Below, in pieces: positions 1-12,280 of a DNA stretch of 64,000 bases. The notes under the pieces were generated by a model, which worked only from the letters and a program-made list of their open reading frames with translations, made no database searches and was not told the DNA's origin. The DNA lies in NCBI GenBank assembly GCA_011109175.1, contig RDEW01000004.1, forward strand, positions 205,842 to 269,841. Reading direction: 5' to 3'. A program made the position numbers and the translations under genes. Source of the stretch: Dicyema japonicum (taxonomy: Eukaryota; Animalia; Dicyemida). The stretch's first letter is position 1. Each line of letters starts with the position of its first letter.

Positions 1-1336
1 TTGATGTGGTCTTTTTGAATTTATGATTAATTTTGACAAAAAGTGATTAACGTGGCTACTGGTTTGATGTGTGAATTGCCTTAATAAAATTCAAATGTAA
101 GTTACGGGTGTTCTCAGTTTGTTACCCCCCAAGTGTCATCTTTTGCCAACATAATATTGGTGAGGTTACTACTGAAAAGGAGATTTTGTATGGTGATGTC
201 GCTGCTGCTCTTCGTGTTCTTAAGAAAACTGACAACAAATGGACAACTAAGCCCACATTCATATTTAAGGTGATTGGATTACAGAGAACAAGACATTATG
301 GATTGCTTCAAGTAGACTTCCAATGATAGAGGGTATTAGACGGACATCCATATTTAATCCAGGCCTCATTGGTGCACGGGGAAAATTATTAATCTACAAA
401 AATATTTAATAGCTAGAGGCAATTAGGGAATTCCCTTTGGCAAGAAATGGTATTCAAATAAATAGCCAGGTGGTTAATTAGTCACAAGTTGTGATGGTGG
501 CGTATCTCTCTTTCATAATTTCGTGCGAACTGCCCTCTTGAGAAGAACATCAAGTACCTCTTAAAAATTTCGATTCCGGCAATCCCAAAGGTTTGTAGTA
601 TCATACTCTCCTGAAAGGATCGGATGTTATTTTTCACAAGAGAAAAATCATCACAATCAGAGTCGCGAGAAAGGCCGAGAGTAAAAGGAAGCAACTATAC
701 AGCCTCATCCATCTAGAAAGTTAGTGGAGAAATGGTTTCATTTGTACGAGACAGTTTTCGGGATCTTTACTAAGATAGTTGAGAATAATAACGTTATGAA
801 AATTAACTCTGTCCAAAGGTGTGAGTGTGCTAGTTTTCATTTATCTAAGTTATTCCATTGTCGAGACCAGGGGTTCTCAAACTTTTTCATCCATCACACT
901 TATTAGCAAAATTTACAAAAATTTTGTTGGTTGCAGCATAAGCCCATAACGGGTATTCATGTAGCCACGATGTTCCACGTGTTCATATGTTCTTTTTTCT
1001 TCACCGATATGAGTCTAGCCTGGATGACAGTGTCATAAATGGCAGACAAAAATCTGATACTTATCGACTGGACCTCGCTGTTGTACACTCCGACTGAAAG
1101 TACCACTGATCTACGATGTTTCCTGGCCTAACGAACGACACCATAATCAGTGATCCCTCAACTCACATGGAACTAAAAAAATAAATTAAGACCATTCCTT
1201 GGACTCCTTCAGCGATTAGTCAGGAAAACACGGCCAGTAGGTGATCCCGTCCACTCCAAACAACCACCTCATCTTCGCTCGATTTTCTTCACAGGATCCA
1301 ACAAAAATAGTTTCAACAATAAATTTATTAATAAAT

Positions 1337-1790
1337 TCAGTCACTACAAATTCCTAGTAAAACAGAGTCAGCCTCATTAGCAGAAACCCAATGCTTGGCA
1401 CCAAAATTTGCAACTTTTTCATGACTCGTCAGCAACAAATACACGCGGGTGTTTTTTTCCAGTAGACTTGACATCCCCTTTTTATATTTTACAATAGCAT
1501 TAAATTTCCCCCATAATCCGCGTGGACGTGAGTACTCGTTACTGCCACTATCCTTCCAATAACAATTTTTCCCTCTGGATCTCCAAGTCGAATAAATGGG
1601 GACCTTTAATCTCATATTTTTTATCCATACTTTTTTAAATGATCAATAAAGGACTCATCAAGTTCTTCTGATTTAAAATCTGCTTTAAAATATAAAATCT
1701 ACTTTCAGTAGAATATTTTAATGCATTGAAACGATCATAAAATCTCGTCTTACTTCTCAAGCCATTTAAAATTGAAGGGATCAACCTCAT
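1337..1790 (-). CDS. MRPS28: Mitochondrial ribosomal protein bS1m (MRPS28), 2 micro-introns (20 and 27 nt), one apparent frameshift at C-run 1508-1512
   Basis: Spliced translation MRLIPSILNGLRSKTRF(presequence)...DESFIDHLKKSPFIRLGDPEGKIVIGRIVAVTSTHVHADYGGKF...KNTRVYLLLTSHE...NEADSVLLGI matches the MRPS28 motifs KLVIGRI, IDFGGKF, KGTRVRL and EANAVLLGI. Confidence 0.8.
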
Positions 1791-1959
1791 CACAATAAGT
1801 TTCAAATAATAATTTTTAATAAAAATATTATACAATTCGTTTATTTTAAAGTTAATTTATATTTCACTTTAAATTACCTGGGATAATTATAGGGATTATT
1901 GTTGTACATTTATCCCCGTCGACTCACTTTCTTTGGGTCTAAACAAACAAAAGGAGAAT

Positions 1960-2230
1960 TATTTCTACCCTGGGTGATCAAATTCTGATTCCACGAACCA
2001 TCCCAAAGATTGATTGAGCCCTACCACGTGAAATTCGTGTCCATAAATTGTGGTCACCACATGGATTTACATTCGTATACTTACAGGATTCGACAATCGT
2101 ACTCTCCACTATGCCCATCATGCTTTCATGACGACCAGAAGATGGGTCACCTTTTCTTTCGTATAGGTTCACCTCCGAGTTTTGCATAGAACCAAATATA
2201 CCTGTTGGATCTCTGGGAGCATTCATTCTT
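1960..2230 (+). mobile_element. 3' fragment of I/Ingi-like LINE (C-terminal Cys/His knuckle)
   Basis: CGHHMDLHSYTYRIRQSYSPLCPSCFHDDQKMGHLF; high nucleotide similarity to 23530-23740 and 11410-11560. Confidence 0.6.
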
Positions 2231-2821
2231 TGCCGTTAAGTTCTGTACTTTCACGGAAAGTGCTGTGTGTTTCTTCTAAACCTACTCTGATACAACTCTC
2301 ACCTCCGAATACTTTACATGGAATTTCCTTACTTATTACAATTTTTGATAAACTAGGCACAAAAGTCACAACTAATTTATCCAAGGAGGGTACCCAATGA
2401 GGCATTGCATGGAGAGAAAAACCAGGTCGCCCTCCCACCAACCGTTAACACAGATCATGTATTTCAAACGCTTTCTTTATAAAAGCTCAGGATTCTTGGA
2501 TATATCTGAGAAGAAAACATCATTAGCATATATAAGTAACTGTGCATTGTAAAATCTAGACCAGTGGTCGGTAGGCTTTTTGCCAAAATTTTATTTTTTA
2601 TGAGACGCGGGCTAAACGAGAAAAATTATTAAATTTTCACAGAAGTGAATTTATTTTTTAATAAAGTATTTAATGTCCAGAACAGCGAGACGCCAGAGCT
2701 GCGGGGTCAATGCTCAAAATACGAAAAAAATATTTTTCATAAAACATTTTATTGGAAGAAATTATTAATAATAAAAAAATAAAACTAATATAATATTTTT
2801 TGAAAATATCAATTATAAAAT

Positions 2822-3790
2822 ATGGTTCTGGTGGAATTAACACAAGAAGCAATTAAAATAATTAAGATATTCAGTGAATCAGTACAACTAGATAAATCCA
2901 TTGACCGGAGAGAAAAAACAAATATCATGCGATTTGCTCGAAGTTTCAATGAATCCGCGGCTTACATCACTAAAAATGGTCGAGAGTTGGGATTCTTTTG
3001 TATTGAGGAAGCTGAATTAAAACTAAAATACATTGAAGTTTTATATTTGTTGATTTAAATTAGGCTCAACATAATTTAAATCACTTTGGACGTGATAAAT
3101 TATATAGTTTATTGTCACTTACCATTTATGGTGCATGACGTAGTGAAGTGGCTACTGTGGTATCTAAATGTGTTTATTATAAATTGTTAATTCTAACAAT
3201 TCTAGTCTAATGCTTGCGACTAAACCAGTAATTACGCCTATTATTGCTTATGAGAGACCGATACATTGTAGATCTTGTCGATTTAAGGCGATATTCCACA
3301 CAAAATGAAAATTATTCCTGGGTAATTATTTTGCAGTATAATTAACTGATTCTTGTTTTAATTGATTCTTTTTTAAAATTAGGTGTGGTAGAAAGTGCTG
3401 TTAGCAAATCTGCAAATGTGATTTGCCGAATCCTGAATGGAATTTTTTGCATAATTGGATCTCCAATTATTCTCCATACAAATAATGGAAAGGAATTCAA
3501 AAATTCCCATATAGAACAACTTTGCGAAAAATACAATATTTCCCACGTTTCGGGAGGACCACGTGCTCAATGGATCACGGACAAGTCGAACGGTATTTTT
3601 TGTTTAATGTCAATAGATTTAATCAATAATCAGATGGATCTCATCGGCGAGTGCATCGAGAAGCATCTTTGGATGATATATCAATTTGATAAAAGACACT
3701 GTTCGCGATTATAACCATGCTGTCCACGATACAACAAAACAAAAACCATTTGAAATTTTTTTCAGTGTGAATCTTTCTAAAAATCTGAAA
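2822..3790 (+). mobile_element. Degenerate rve/DDE integrase (Ginger2-like or KRBA2-like) remnant
   Basis: VDLVDLRRYS...LIDSF...GSPIILHTNNGKEFKN...YNHAVHDTTKQKPFEIFF; same family as 48700-49800. Confidence 0.6.
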
Positions 3791-4544
3791 AAAAGGGAAT
3801 TAGAAGCGCTACTAGATTTTGACGGCCGTGTGCAGCATATCGAGTCCGCACATAGATTTTTCTTGTCCTCCGAATTTTTTCAATTAACGACAAGCGGTCC
3901 TCTTCAGCAGGGAATGTTTCCTCACATGTATGGCAAGTAGAGTAAGTGGAAATGGTAATTCATGGTGGCGGAAGACACAGTTCAGACAGGCCATAACGAA
4001 AGCACACAGGCAAAAGACTTGGACAACTCCAAATACCATGAAGAAGTCAAAAAATTTCATTTGGCTCGGGATTTGTATCTTGTCAAGAATCAGAGATCGG
4101 ACAGAGTTTACCATCCATAAAAAATGATGTAATACGCATAACTTCTCAATGATTGAGATTCACCATTAAACACTGAGAGACAAATGTTCTGAAATGTTAA
4201 CTATCCACCTGGATGGAGCTAAGACCTGAATCCTAGTTGCATCAGATGTTTCATTTGTTCAGAACTAAGAACTTCCAATTCCTCTGGAATCCGTCACTTT
4301 GTCATAGAATTAAGATATTCTGTGCAATAGATGTACGTCACCACCCTTCAGACTAATTAACCACTTGGCTAGCTTTCTGAAAAAAACAACAATTAAAAAA
4401 ATTCCAAAGACCACGGTAGTACCGAAATAACTACTCAAATGATCCGGAATGTTGCAGCAAAGATCCCATTAGATACTCCTCCCTAGAGCTCACACGGGCA
4501 CCTATCAAGCGTAGAACTGGATCCTCATGAATTATTTATTTTAT

Positions 4545-4612
4545 TATTTCTTTAAAAAAATTTTTTTTAACAATTAAACAAATGTCAGTTGAGGAAGCCT
4601 GCTGCGGATTAT
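4545..4612 (-). mobile_element. Very short 5'-truncated CRE-like retrotransposon 3' tail
   Basis: Reverse complement caggcttcctcaactgacatttgtttaattgttaaaaaaaattt is identical to the CRE 3' end at 33480-33523. Confidence 0.55.
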
Positions 4613-4674
4613 TTAAAATATAATTATTTTTTTGAAATTATTTGAAAAATAACATTATTAATTAATTGTTAATT

Positions 4675-6650
4675 TTACCTCTTGCCAGTAGAGGCTATGA
4701 CCTGTCTATATCTGTTAATGAGTTCCATTTTGTCCTCCAGCATCTTTTTATCACTCTAATTAATAAATAGGACTGTCAGACTAATTTCTTGTCCTTCAGT
4801 TTGTTCGACTTCTCAATCAACATCACTTTTCGTTCCTCCCTCATCAACGCAAGTCTTTCTTTCAGCTAAACGTGTTCACCCGAATAACCTCCACTACGGA
4901 CATTTCTGACAAAAGTCCATGATTTCCCGTTTCCGTGAAGTCGTGAAAAGTCGAATTCATCTTCACACACAGCAAGGATTCCTGTAACTTAATTTCGGCT
5001 ATTAGTTTCTGTTTTCATCCATTTCCTCCTCCATCTGAATAAGTTCCCCAAAAACCTCTCTTTCATGCTCTTTTCTTTGTTTTTCGAGTTCCAGTTGGTC
5101 GTTTAATTCTATTTAACCATAAATTACTACTCTGCTGCCTATTCCTTGATTTGATCTCTTCTTTGGACTCCTTCACGTGCTCCTTTATCTTCTCGAACTC
5201 TTTCTTTAAATCACTAATTTTAAAATGTCCCGAATACTTGGTTTTCTTTAGTTTGTCCATCAAATTTGCGTTTATTTTGTCCAGTATTTGTTTTGTCTGG
5301 AATTTAGGTGTTTGTTATACCTCTTCCTTAACCTGGGCCCCGATCTCTTCCTTATTCACTTTCCGGTTCTCAACTGACTTGGTCGCTTTGTACCGTCCTT
5401 CAATCACTGATTCATGCAGTCTATTCCTCTTCTCCTCCTCTTCTTCTTTCATTTTCGACGTCTCCACCTTGAGGTACTGATCATATTCATATGAATCTCC
5501 ATTTCCTTCCGCCAAGTCGGTAATTCTGCGGAATTATTAAGTGGTTACTTTTTGATCTCCGAATCGCGGATTTTTTCGTAAAACTGAGCTTCCCTTAAAA
5601 CTGACGCCTTTGTAGGCTTAATTTCAGTCGGTTTGGTTGATATTAGCTTCCCTGGCTTACTTCGTTTGACTTCTTCGACTTCCACTGATTTTTTGGTTTG
5701 GATCGACACCCTCGAAATGTTCAGGGATAACTTAGGCTTTCGACGTCTTCTCTGAGATATATTTGCAGGACTTCTTACCCGATAGGATGCGATTTGGGAA
5801 TCTGACTTTCGCGGTTCTGAAATGTTATTTTCTTCGACAATTTCCTTCGATTTGACTTCCGTTGGCTCCAATTTTTCGCTTTTTTGCTGAATTGGATCTA
5901 CACCATCTTGTGGTCTCCACGTGGGCTGAGTTAACTGAGTATTATTGTGAAAAATCAACCAAATCAGGGATCAAAATAGAAGGTGGTTTTGGTTTCGTGA
6001 GGTTAAAAGGAACTTGCCGTATAACCCGTTTATCCTTGACATCCTGCACGTGGACTTTGGACCCTATCAGAGAGGAGTTCAATGCGGCAAACTTGGAGCT
6101 ATTCAGGGATTTTAATAAACTTTACTGGTTGATGTGACTGGTTATGTTAGTTCTTATAAACTCGGCGTCATACAAACAGTTCCACTCGTCCACGTGGTAA
6201 TTGAAACTGTCCTCTGAGAGAAAATAGTTTAAAAACTGAAATAACTAAAAATGGGGACTCTGTTCATTTTTAGAGGAGGTTGAGAACGAAGGATATTTTT
6301 GACTTCCGCCCAGTCGTAAACCCCAACCCCAACGATCACCAAATACGACAGGACTGCTTATTTAGGTTAGTTTACCGATGTAGTAATAATACTCGGTTTT
6401 CCTGATCGTGTTCTTGTTGGAGTACCCTTCCACGAAGTTGTGAAGTATTTTCTTGAAATTTTGACATCCGTAGAATATTCCGGCTATTTTAGAACAGATC
6501 GTTGGGTCTTTGACCTAAATTTGAATTTTATCCCCCTACTTTAAATTTTTTGAAGTAATTTTCTATAAACGCTCCTTCGCTGATGCTTCCATCATACAAT
6601 TCCAGGCTTCTAGAGCACAACTCCAAGTAAATATCAATTTTAGATTTCAT
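4675..6650 (-). CDS. CFAP99: Cilia- and flagella-associated protein 99-like, multi-exon with micro-introns
   Basis: Motifs DEWNCLYD, VPFNLTKPKPPSILIPD and ASVLREAQFYEK...LAEGNGDSYEYDQY resemble CFAP99 (FNLTKPKP; AILREGALYQR...LVDGAGD); coiled-coil C-terminus ends TGKR*. Confidence 0.7.
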
Positions 6651-6789
6651 CCCTCGTCATGGAAACAAATTATAATATTTTAATTGGAAAATTAATATTT
6701 TTATCTTCAAATAATTGTTCAATTTAAATTAAATAAAAAAGGACATTATTCTTGGAAATTATTTTAAAGTTTAATTTTCTAGATTCTTG

Positions 6790-7108
6790 GTAGCCGCGTG
6801 GCGCCATGTGGTGTAGCGTGGTTAATTGGTTGAAGTTTTCTGCTTTCTTGTCTGTTCTTCCTGTCTCTTCCTATTAGAGTGGCGTCATGTGATCCACCTG
6901 TCTAGGTGACGCCCAGTGCCAGGCCAGCACGAAAAAGGATCATTTTCTCTCCCCCACTCCACTGGAGGGGTTTCCACAACTGCATGTAATGGACGTCTTA
7001 CCTTTTATGCTGATTCTGGATGGACTCTGTAGAAGTGGAAATTGGATACACTTAATTAGTTGTTTACTTTAACTTCTTTCTCGGTGTATCCGGGGTTAAT
7101 AAATAAAT
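6790..7108 (+). mobile_element. SINE-like repeat family A, full copy
   Basis: ~320 bp closely matching 52950-53270; ends ggggttaataaataa; degraded flanking direct repeat aattttctagattcttg / aaatttctaaatcttg. Confidence 0.7.
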
Positions 7109-7599
7109 TTCTAAATCTTGTGACGTACTCTTTCAAAGTACAAGCAATTATAAGACCCCTTCGTAGAAGTAGGGAAGAGAGGGATCTTTTTGGATGCCTA
7201 CGAATCGTCTCATGAGTCAGATGAAGAAAATGACGCCTCTATGGATTGAAGATAGCAAAAACACTTAAGAAATATTTCGAATCTTTGATTTACACGAGTA
7301 TTAATGTCTTCAGCTATAGATAAACCAGAACTCTTCACTACCACTCCCTCACCTGTCTCGTATAAGTAAGTAAATTTCTTATGATTCATTATTACATGGA
7401 ACATCACAAATAGGTAGAATATCGGTCTCTTCAATCGGTGTAATGATGGGTAAAACATGACACAGTCGATAGGCGTGAATCAACTGTAAAAGTTGGCGGG
7501 AACTAAATGTGACTTATGGAATGATGAAATTGCCAAGAATGGCTATCCAGGTACAATTGAATCAGTACTGAGATATAATTCCTCTGCAGACACTTCCGG

Positions 7600-7760
7600 T
7601 AGACCACAGGTTTGTTAGCGGATCATGCAAGGAATCATGCTCTGACCATGGAATCCAAAGGTTGTATATTATGTGGCATTATAGGACCCATGCTGAATGA
7701 TGTGATGGCGGAGTGTCATAAGTGCCAGGCAATGAGGTTCCGTAATATACAGAAATTCCA
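7600..7760 (+). mobile_element. Integrase H2C2 zinc-binding remnant
   Basis: DHARNHA...VMAECHKCQA; neighbouring frames are broken. Confidence 0.3.
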
Positions 7761-8379
7761 ATAAAGCATGGATGGACTCAACAATTTTAACACTTTTTGC
7801 GTGAATGGAAAATTATCAAAAGACAAACAAAAATTTATTATCAATGCCCTTCCACAAATTCTGTGCAGAATTAAAGCAGATTAAAGTCATTTTTGACTGA
7901 TCATTTTTACATCCAATGGACTAAGTAGTGATTAAGGTATTCAAGTCTCATTTCAACATGATGAGGTCTGTCAATATTACTCAAAAATTGAGGCCGAAAA
8001 GAATGCTTATGTTGCAGAAAAAATCAATTCAAAAGATGTCGTATCATTCAGTGAAATAATCGAGGACTCCGTTTATAAACTGTTTCAAAGTGGAGTAGTA
8101 ATAATAATTGTGAAGAAACAAGAGTAGAGTCTTTGTGAACTCAAAAATCAAATATTGAAGGTCAAATTTCAGGAGATATGTCTAAGAGTCGGGATAGAAA
8201 ATAATGAATTACTTCAAAATCAAGAGGTTAATTAATAACATACAATATATGGAATATAATAATAATTGTCAGCCCTTCCGCAGACCTCTAACAATGTTTC
8301 CATTACTCATTTCAGCTTAGGCAGAACTCAATTTATTTTTATTATAAACCAATTTTATTTAACGCAAAAACTAACAGTT

Positions 8380-8740
8380 AACAACTGCTGACTGCTCTCT
8401 TGAGAACGGATTTCCCTTGACGATTTACAAGGAAATGCGCTCAATGAGCCAATTCCTTTCTCTCCTTCCATTAGCAGGACCAGCGAGCCGATTCTGTTAG
8501 CAGAATCAGTCACCTATTTTTTATGATTCCTGACGTTTCCACGACAACTGGTTCAAAAATGAACTGTCCATCGAGACATGCGTATTTCTTTAACTTTAGG
8601 GTCTCAGCTTTCTCCGAAGCAGAGCCTGAGCTAGTTATTGTCGTTGCAAGGTTGGAGGGAGAGAGGCCATCTACACAGGTGGCGTCCCAGGAAAGGTATT
8701 TACCACTTTTCCCTTTATTTAAGAAGAACAGTTATGCTAA
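8380..8740 (-). mobile_element. CRE-like RLE endonuclease 3' fragment
   Basis: GKYLSWDATCVDGLS...KLKKYACLDGQFIFEPVVVETSG...WLIERISL*IVKGN. Confidence 0.75.
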
Positions 8741-9094
8741 ATAATCCATGGCAATCCAAGACATCGAGTTTTCTTAACTTCTTGTTCCGTTTTTTTTGCT
8801 TGTGTGAATCCCAGAGACAATCAGGTTCATCAGTGATGAATCATTGATGAAGGCGTCACTCGTGAATCCCAGAAGTATATGCATGGAACATTCTACCGAA
8901 ATGGACAGCATAACCTGTAACTATATGGATTTGGTCCGGCACTAATTACACAGATATTTATTAGTCACTTAATGCAAAGAAACAATCCACGGTTGGCTAA
9001 GTACCTCAGCAGCCAAGAGACAGTAGAGATTAACAAGGACAAGGACAGCTTCCCTAGAAAACAGCAAAATTGAATAAATCAAAAAATCTAACAG

Positions 9095-9487
9095 TCACTT
9101 GTCAAAATATTTTCTTCTGGCCTCAATTGCGTGCTTGTAAGAGATGAGATCGACCATATTAGTACGACACCATATTGTGGCTACCAATTTAAAGTCATTC
9201 TCAAATTGGAGATCCCCGATAAACATGAGACAACTCCCAACAGAAGCCTGTAATCACGGAATAACTTAACCTCGTAAGGTTCCACAAGCTGAGTCATGAC
9301 AACGAGGGTATTTACACCACTGGAGTCACTAAGAGTGCACGTGTGTTCTTTCAAATTGTAGGAGACTAATCTTTCGATGTATTTTAACCAATACCTCCGG
9401 TAACGCGCACGCGCTTATTCATAAGCTCATGTGACTCAGAGTTCTTGATTTCTTCAACAAACACCACTTTCGGCAACAGGAAACCAT
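9095..9487 (-). CDS. TEN1: CST complex subunit TEN1, 2 micro-introns; start codon out of frame
   Basis: LLPKVVFV...KRVRVTG..VSYNLKEHTCTL...VMTQLVEPYEASVGSCLMFIGDLQ...VDLISYKHAIEARRKY aligns with human TEN1 TKLVEPFHAQVGSLYIVLGELQ...LEQAIREQRLY. Confidence 0.8.
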
Positions 9488-9628
9488 AAAAGTTTATTAA
9501 TTTCAAAACACAAATTAATTTTTATTATTTTCAATAATTTAACAAACATTTGAATTTGCAAATTATTATTCTATTTTGATTCATTTAAATTTAGATGGCA
9601 AAATTAATAATTGTTTCCGTAGCAATCG

Positions 9629-11211
9629 ATGAGCCGAATAAAGAAGGTTTTTGACGTTGTTGTCCACAACACGCAAAATTACCAGTCCTCTAAGGGTCCT
9701 TTGACTAAATCTCCCTTTAAGGAATCCGAAGTGATCAAAAGCGAGGAAATCCAGCCCAATGTGCTGTGTGTCAGCATTCCTCGAGTAGAAGAAGAAATCC
9801 AAGACTGGCAAGAAAAGGCATTGAACAAAACATTTGAGATTCCCGACTTAATTTCTCCTTTCATAAGCTTTGAGGAATTGCCAGCTGTTGATTTTTCAGA
9901 ACTCAACTACATGACATTGGATAAAGATAATCAGATCCAAAAGTGCGCGAAAAAATGTCGGGAATTGACTCTACCATTCAGATATGAAAGTAAGATAAAT
10001 ATCAAAAAATTGGCGCCAAAAAGTGAAGGAGGGAAAAAATGTTCAGAGTTAACATGCATAAAGGACAACGAAAGATTTTCTGTTTTTGTGAGAATTTTTC
10101 CATCAAAAAATAAAAAGGAAACTTTTTTATTCTACAATGAAAGTCAAATTACAATTCAAACCAACGGAATCAAAGTATATTTCCAATTTGACTAAAGAAA
10201 CGGGAATTTTCATTTAAGCGGGTTTTTTCGTCCAAATGCACAAACGAAGACGTTTACTACAATACAGTTTCCATGATGAGAGGGCCTTTTCTTACCGGAG
10301 AATCAGCCACATGCTTCACATTCGGACAGACCTGCAGTGGGAAGACATATACGTTGTTTGAAATGGAAAACTGTCCTGGGATTTGCTTCCAATTCGCAGC
10401 ACACGTGCTTTCCAGTCTGGACTCACTCAATGTGTCCGTCTATGAAATTTATTACGAGAAGATAATCGACTTGCTCTCAGAAAATAGTAAAAAGTAGCTT
10501 TCTTTGTCATCTAGTTCCCTCCTGATGTGTTCAGACGAGGAGTCTAATCTACAGGTCCTCAATCTAACGGTTTTGGAGATTTCAACCATCGAGGACCTGG
10601 TTGGAGTGATTTCTGACTGCCTGAGCCGACGAGTGGTGGACAGCAGTGATAGCTTTGGGCACTCATCGTCGAGATCTCACATGGTGGTGAGATTTGAGAA
10701 TCCCCACTACAACAAGTAAAGAGAAATTCAAATTCTAGTCAGTTTTATTTCATTGATTTGGCGGGCTCAGAACGCGTACGTATTAACAGTGACCCAACCT
10801 GGTCTATTGATGCTGGAAACATAAATTCTACCCTTCTGGCTGTATTATACTTATATAACCCCCAAGCTGAAGGAATGTATCCGAGGGTACTCAAAAAATC
10901 GACCTCACGTGCCCTTTCGCAGGAGTAAACTTACCAGACTGCTAAATCATGTGTTTGGGGAACACAGAATTTTCTCTGTGTGTACTGTGCGGGAGGACGA
11001 GGCTGAACAGAGTTTAAATACCCTGGAATATGCTGAAAGACTGAGTGGACTGACTGGGAGGAGTTTTAGTGATCCCTTCGTTGCTGAAAAGTCGGTGGAA
11101 AAGGTATGGAGACGAAAGATTGGAAGGAGGGAAGAGCATTTGAATGAATGTAGTGCCTTTAGCAAGCAATATGTGCATAAATTGGTCAAATCCGCTAGAA
11201 ACATTAACTGA
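9629..11211 (+). CDS. Kinesin-13-like motor protein (internal motor), at least 4 micro-introns (21-25 nt)
   Basis: ATCFTFGQTCSGKT, VSVYEIY, SSRSH, FIDLAGSER, LKECIR, HVPFRRSKLT, SLNTLEYAERL. Confidence 0.85.
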
Positions 11212-11409
11212 CTTTATATATTTTTGAATAATTTGTTTTGACTTCCAAGTAGGGGACGACTCCTTGCTTTGCTCAGGATTTCACATTCGCTTTCATCACT
11301 AAACTACCAGTAGTGTGCATCATAGGTGAGCTCACCATGGCGTTGGACACCTTGGCCTGGATAAAGGAATACAGTTAATCCTATTTAATATAATAGAAAA
11401 CTTGGCATG

Positions 11410-11625
11410 CCTACGTTTTGGTCACCACGTATGTTCGTATCTGAACAAAATCGGACAATCGTCCTCTCCACTTTGCCCATCATGCCTTCTTGTTCGGGTC
11501 CGCCTTCGAGTTCTGCACAGAACCAAATACACCCGTCGGATTATGGGAGCGTTCGCTCTTATTTTTTGAACGTTCTTAAACCGCAAATTTTTTCACTCGA
11601 AGGGACCGGGGGTAAATAAATAGAA
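11410..11625 (+). mobile_element. I/Ingi-like LINE 3' fragment
   Basis: Nucleotide match to 23540-23810, including the tail cactcgaagggaccgggggtaaataaata. Confidence 0.6.
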
Positions 11626-12280
11626 AAGTATTTCACTACTCACTGAAATGCCGTTTGGGGAAAATTCATATGCACACGTGTACAGATATGCTATCTGTTC
11701 ACAGTTTTCTATGAAATTTTGAATTTGTCCTGTCTTTAGTGCCAAAAATGCTCCCAAAGTGGCTAAAAGACAATTATTAGAGAACCTATCATAAAATCTG
11801 GGAGACCATCGACATTAACTCTTGAGCTTACTGATTTCCACTAAAAGTCTTCAGAAACTGATGGGGGTCAAAGGTGGAAGATTAAAGTGAGGAAGTAAAG
11901 ACAGGGAAAAATCTCATAATATGGAAACCGTCAGTACGACAAAGAATCCTCATGTCTTAATTTACCCTTTAGAATATTCCATCCAAACTTGTTTTAGCAT
12001 ACAAATCACCAAGATCATCATAAACCTCATATAAAAGATTGATCAGTGATCTTCCATCTGCACATGTCTTAACTTTCCGTCTTCAATCGATCTGAATGAG
12101 CAAATCTCGTCTCCCACATAGTCCTTAAAAAGTAACATCACCAGTTGTTATTCCTATGAAAAAAAACTTTAGTTTTGATCTTTAGATGGGAAGGACCTTG
12201 TTTCCTGAGTTTATTGCGAGGAACACCTCAAAGTCACGAATTGACTTTACTAGGTCATGCCAATTGATGAAATGTCAATA

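Noticed and set aside
108-1300. Possible genes at the window start, and similar coding-like tracts at 16630-17450, 18010-18750, 23830-24230, 32350-32700, 40700-42230 and 61700-62080
   Set aside because: They look like micro-intron genes, but I could not reconstruct a consistent frame or recognise a family without RNA or homology data.
6795-6870. tRNA gene suggested by an A-box-like head
   Set aside because: No B-box or cloverleaf; it is part of the dispersed SINE-like repeat.
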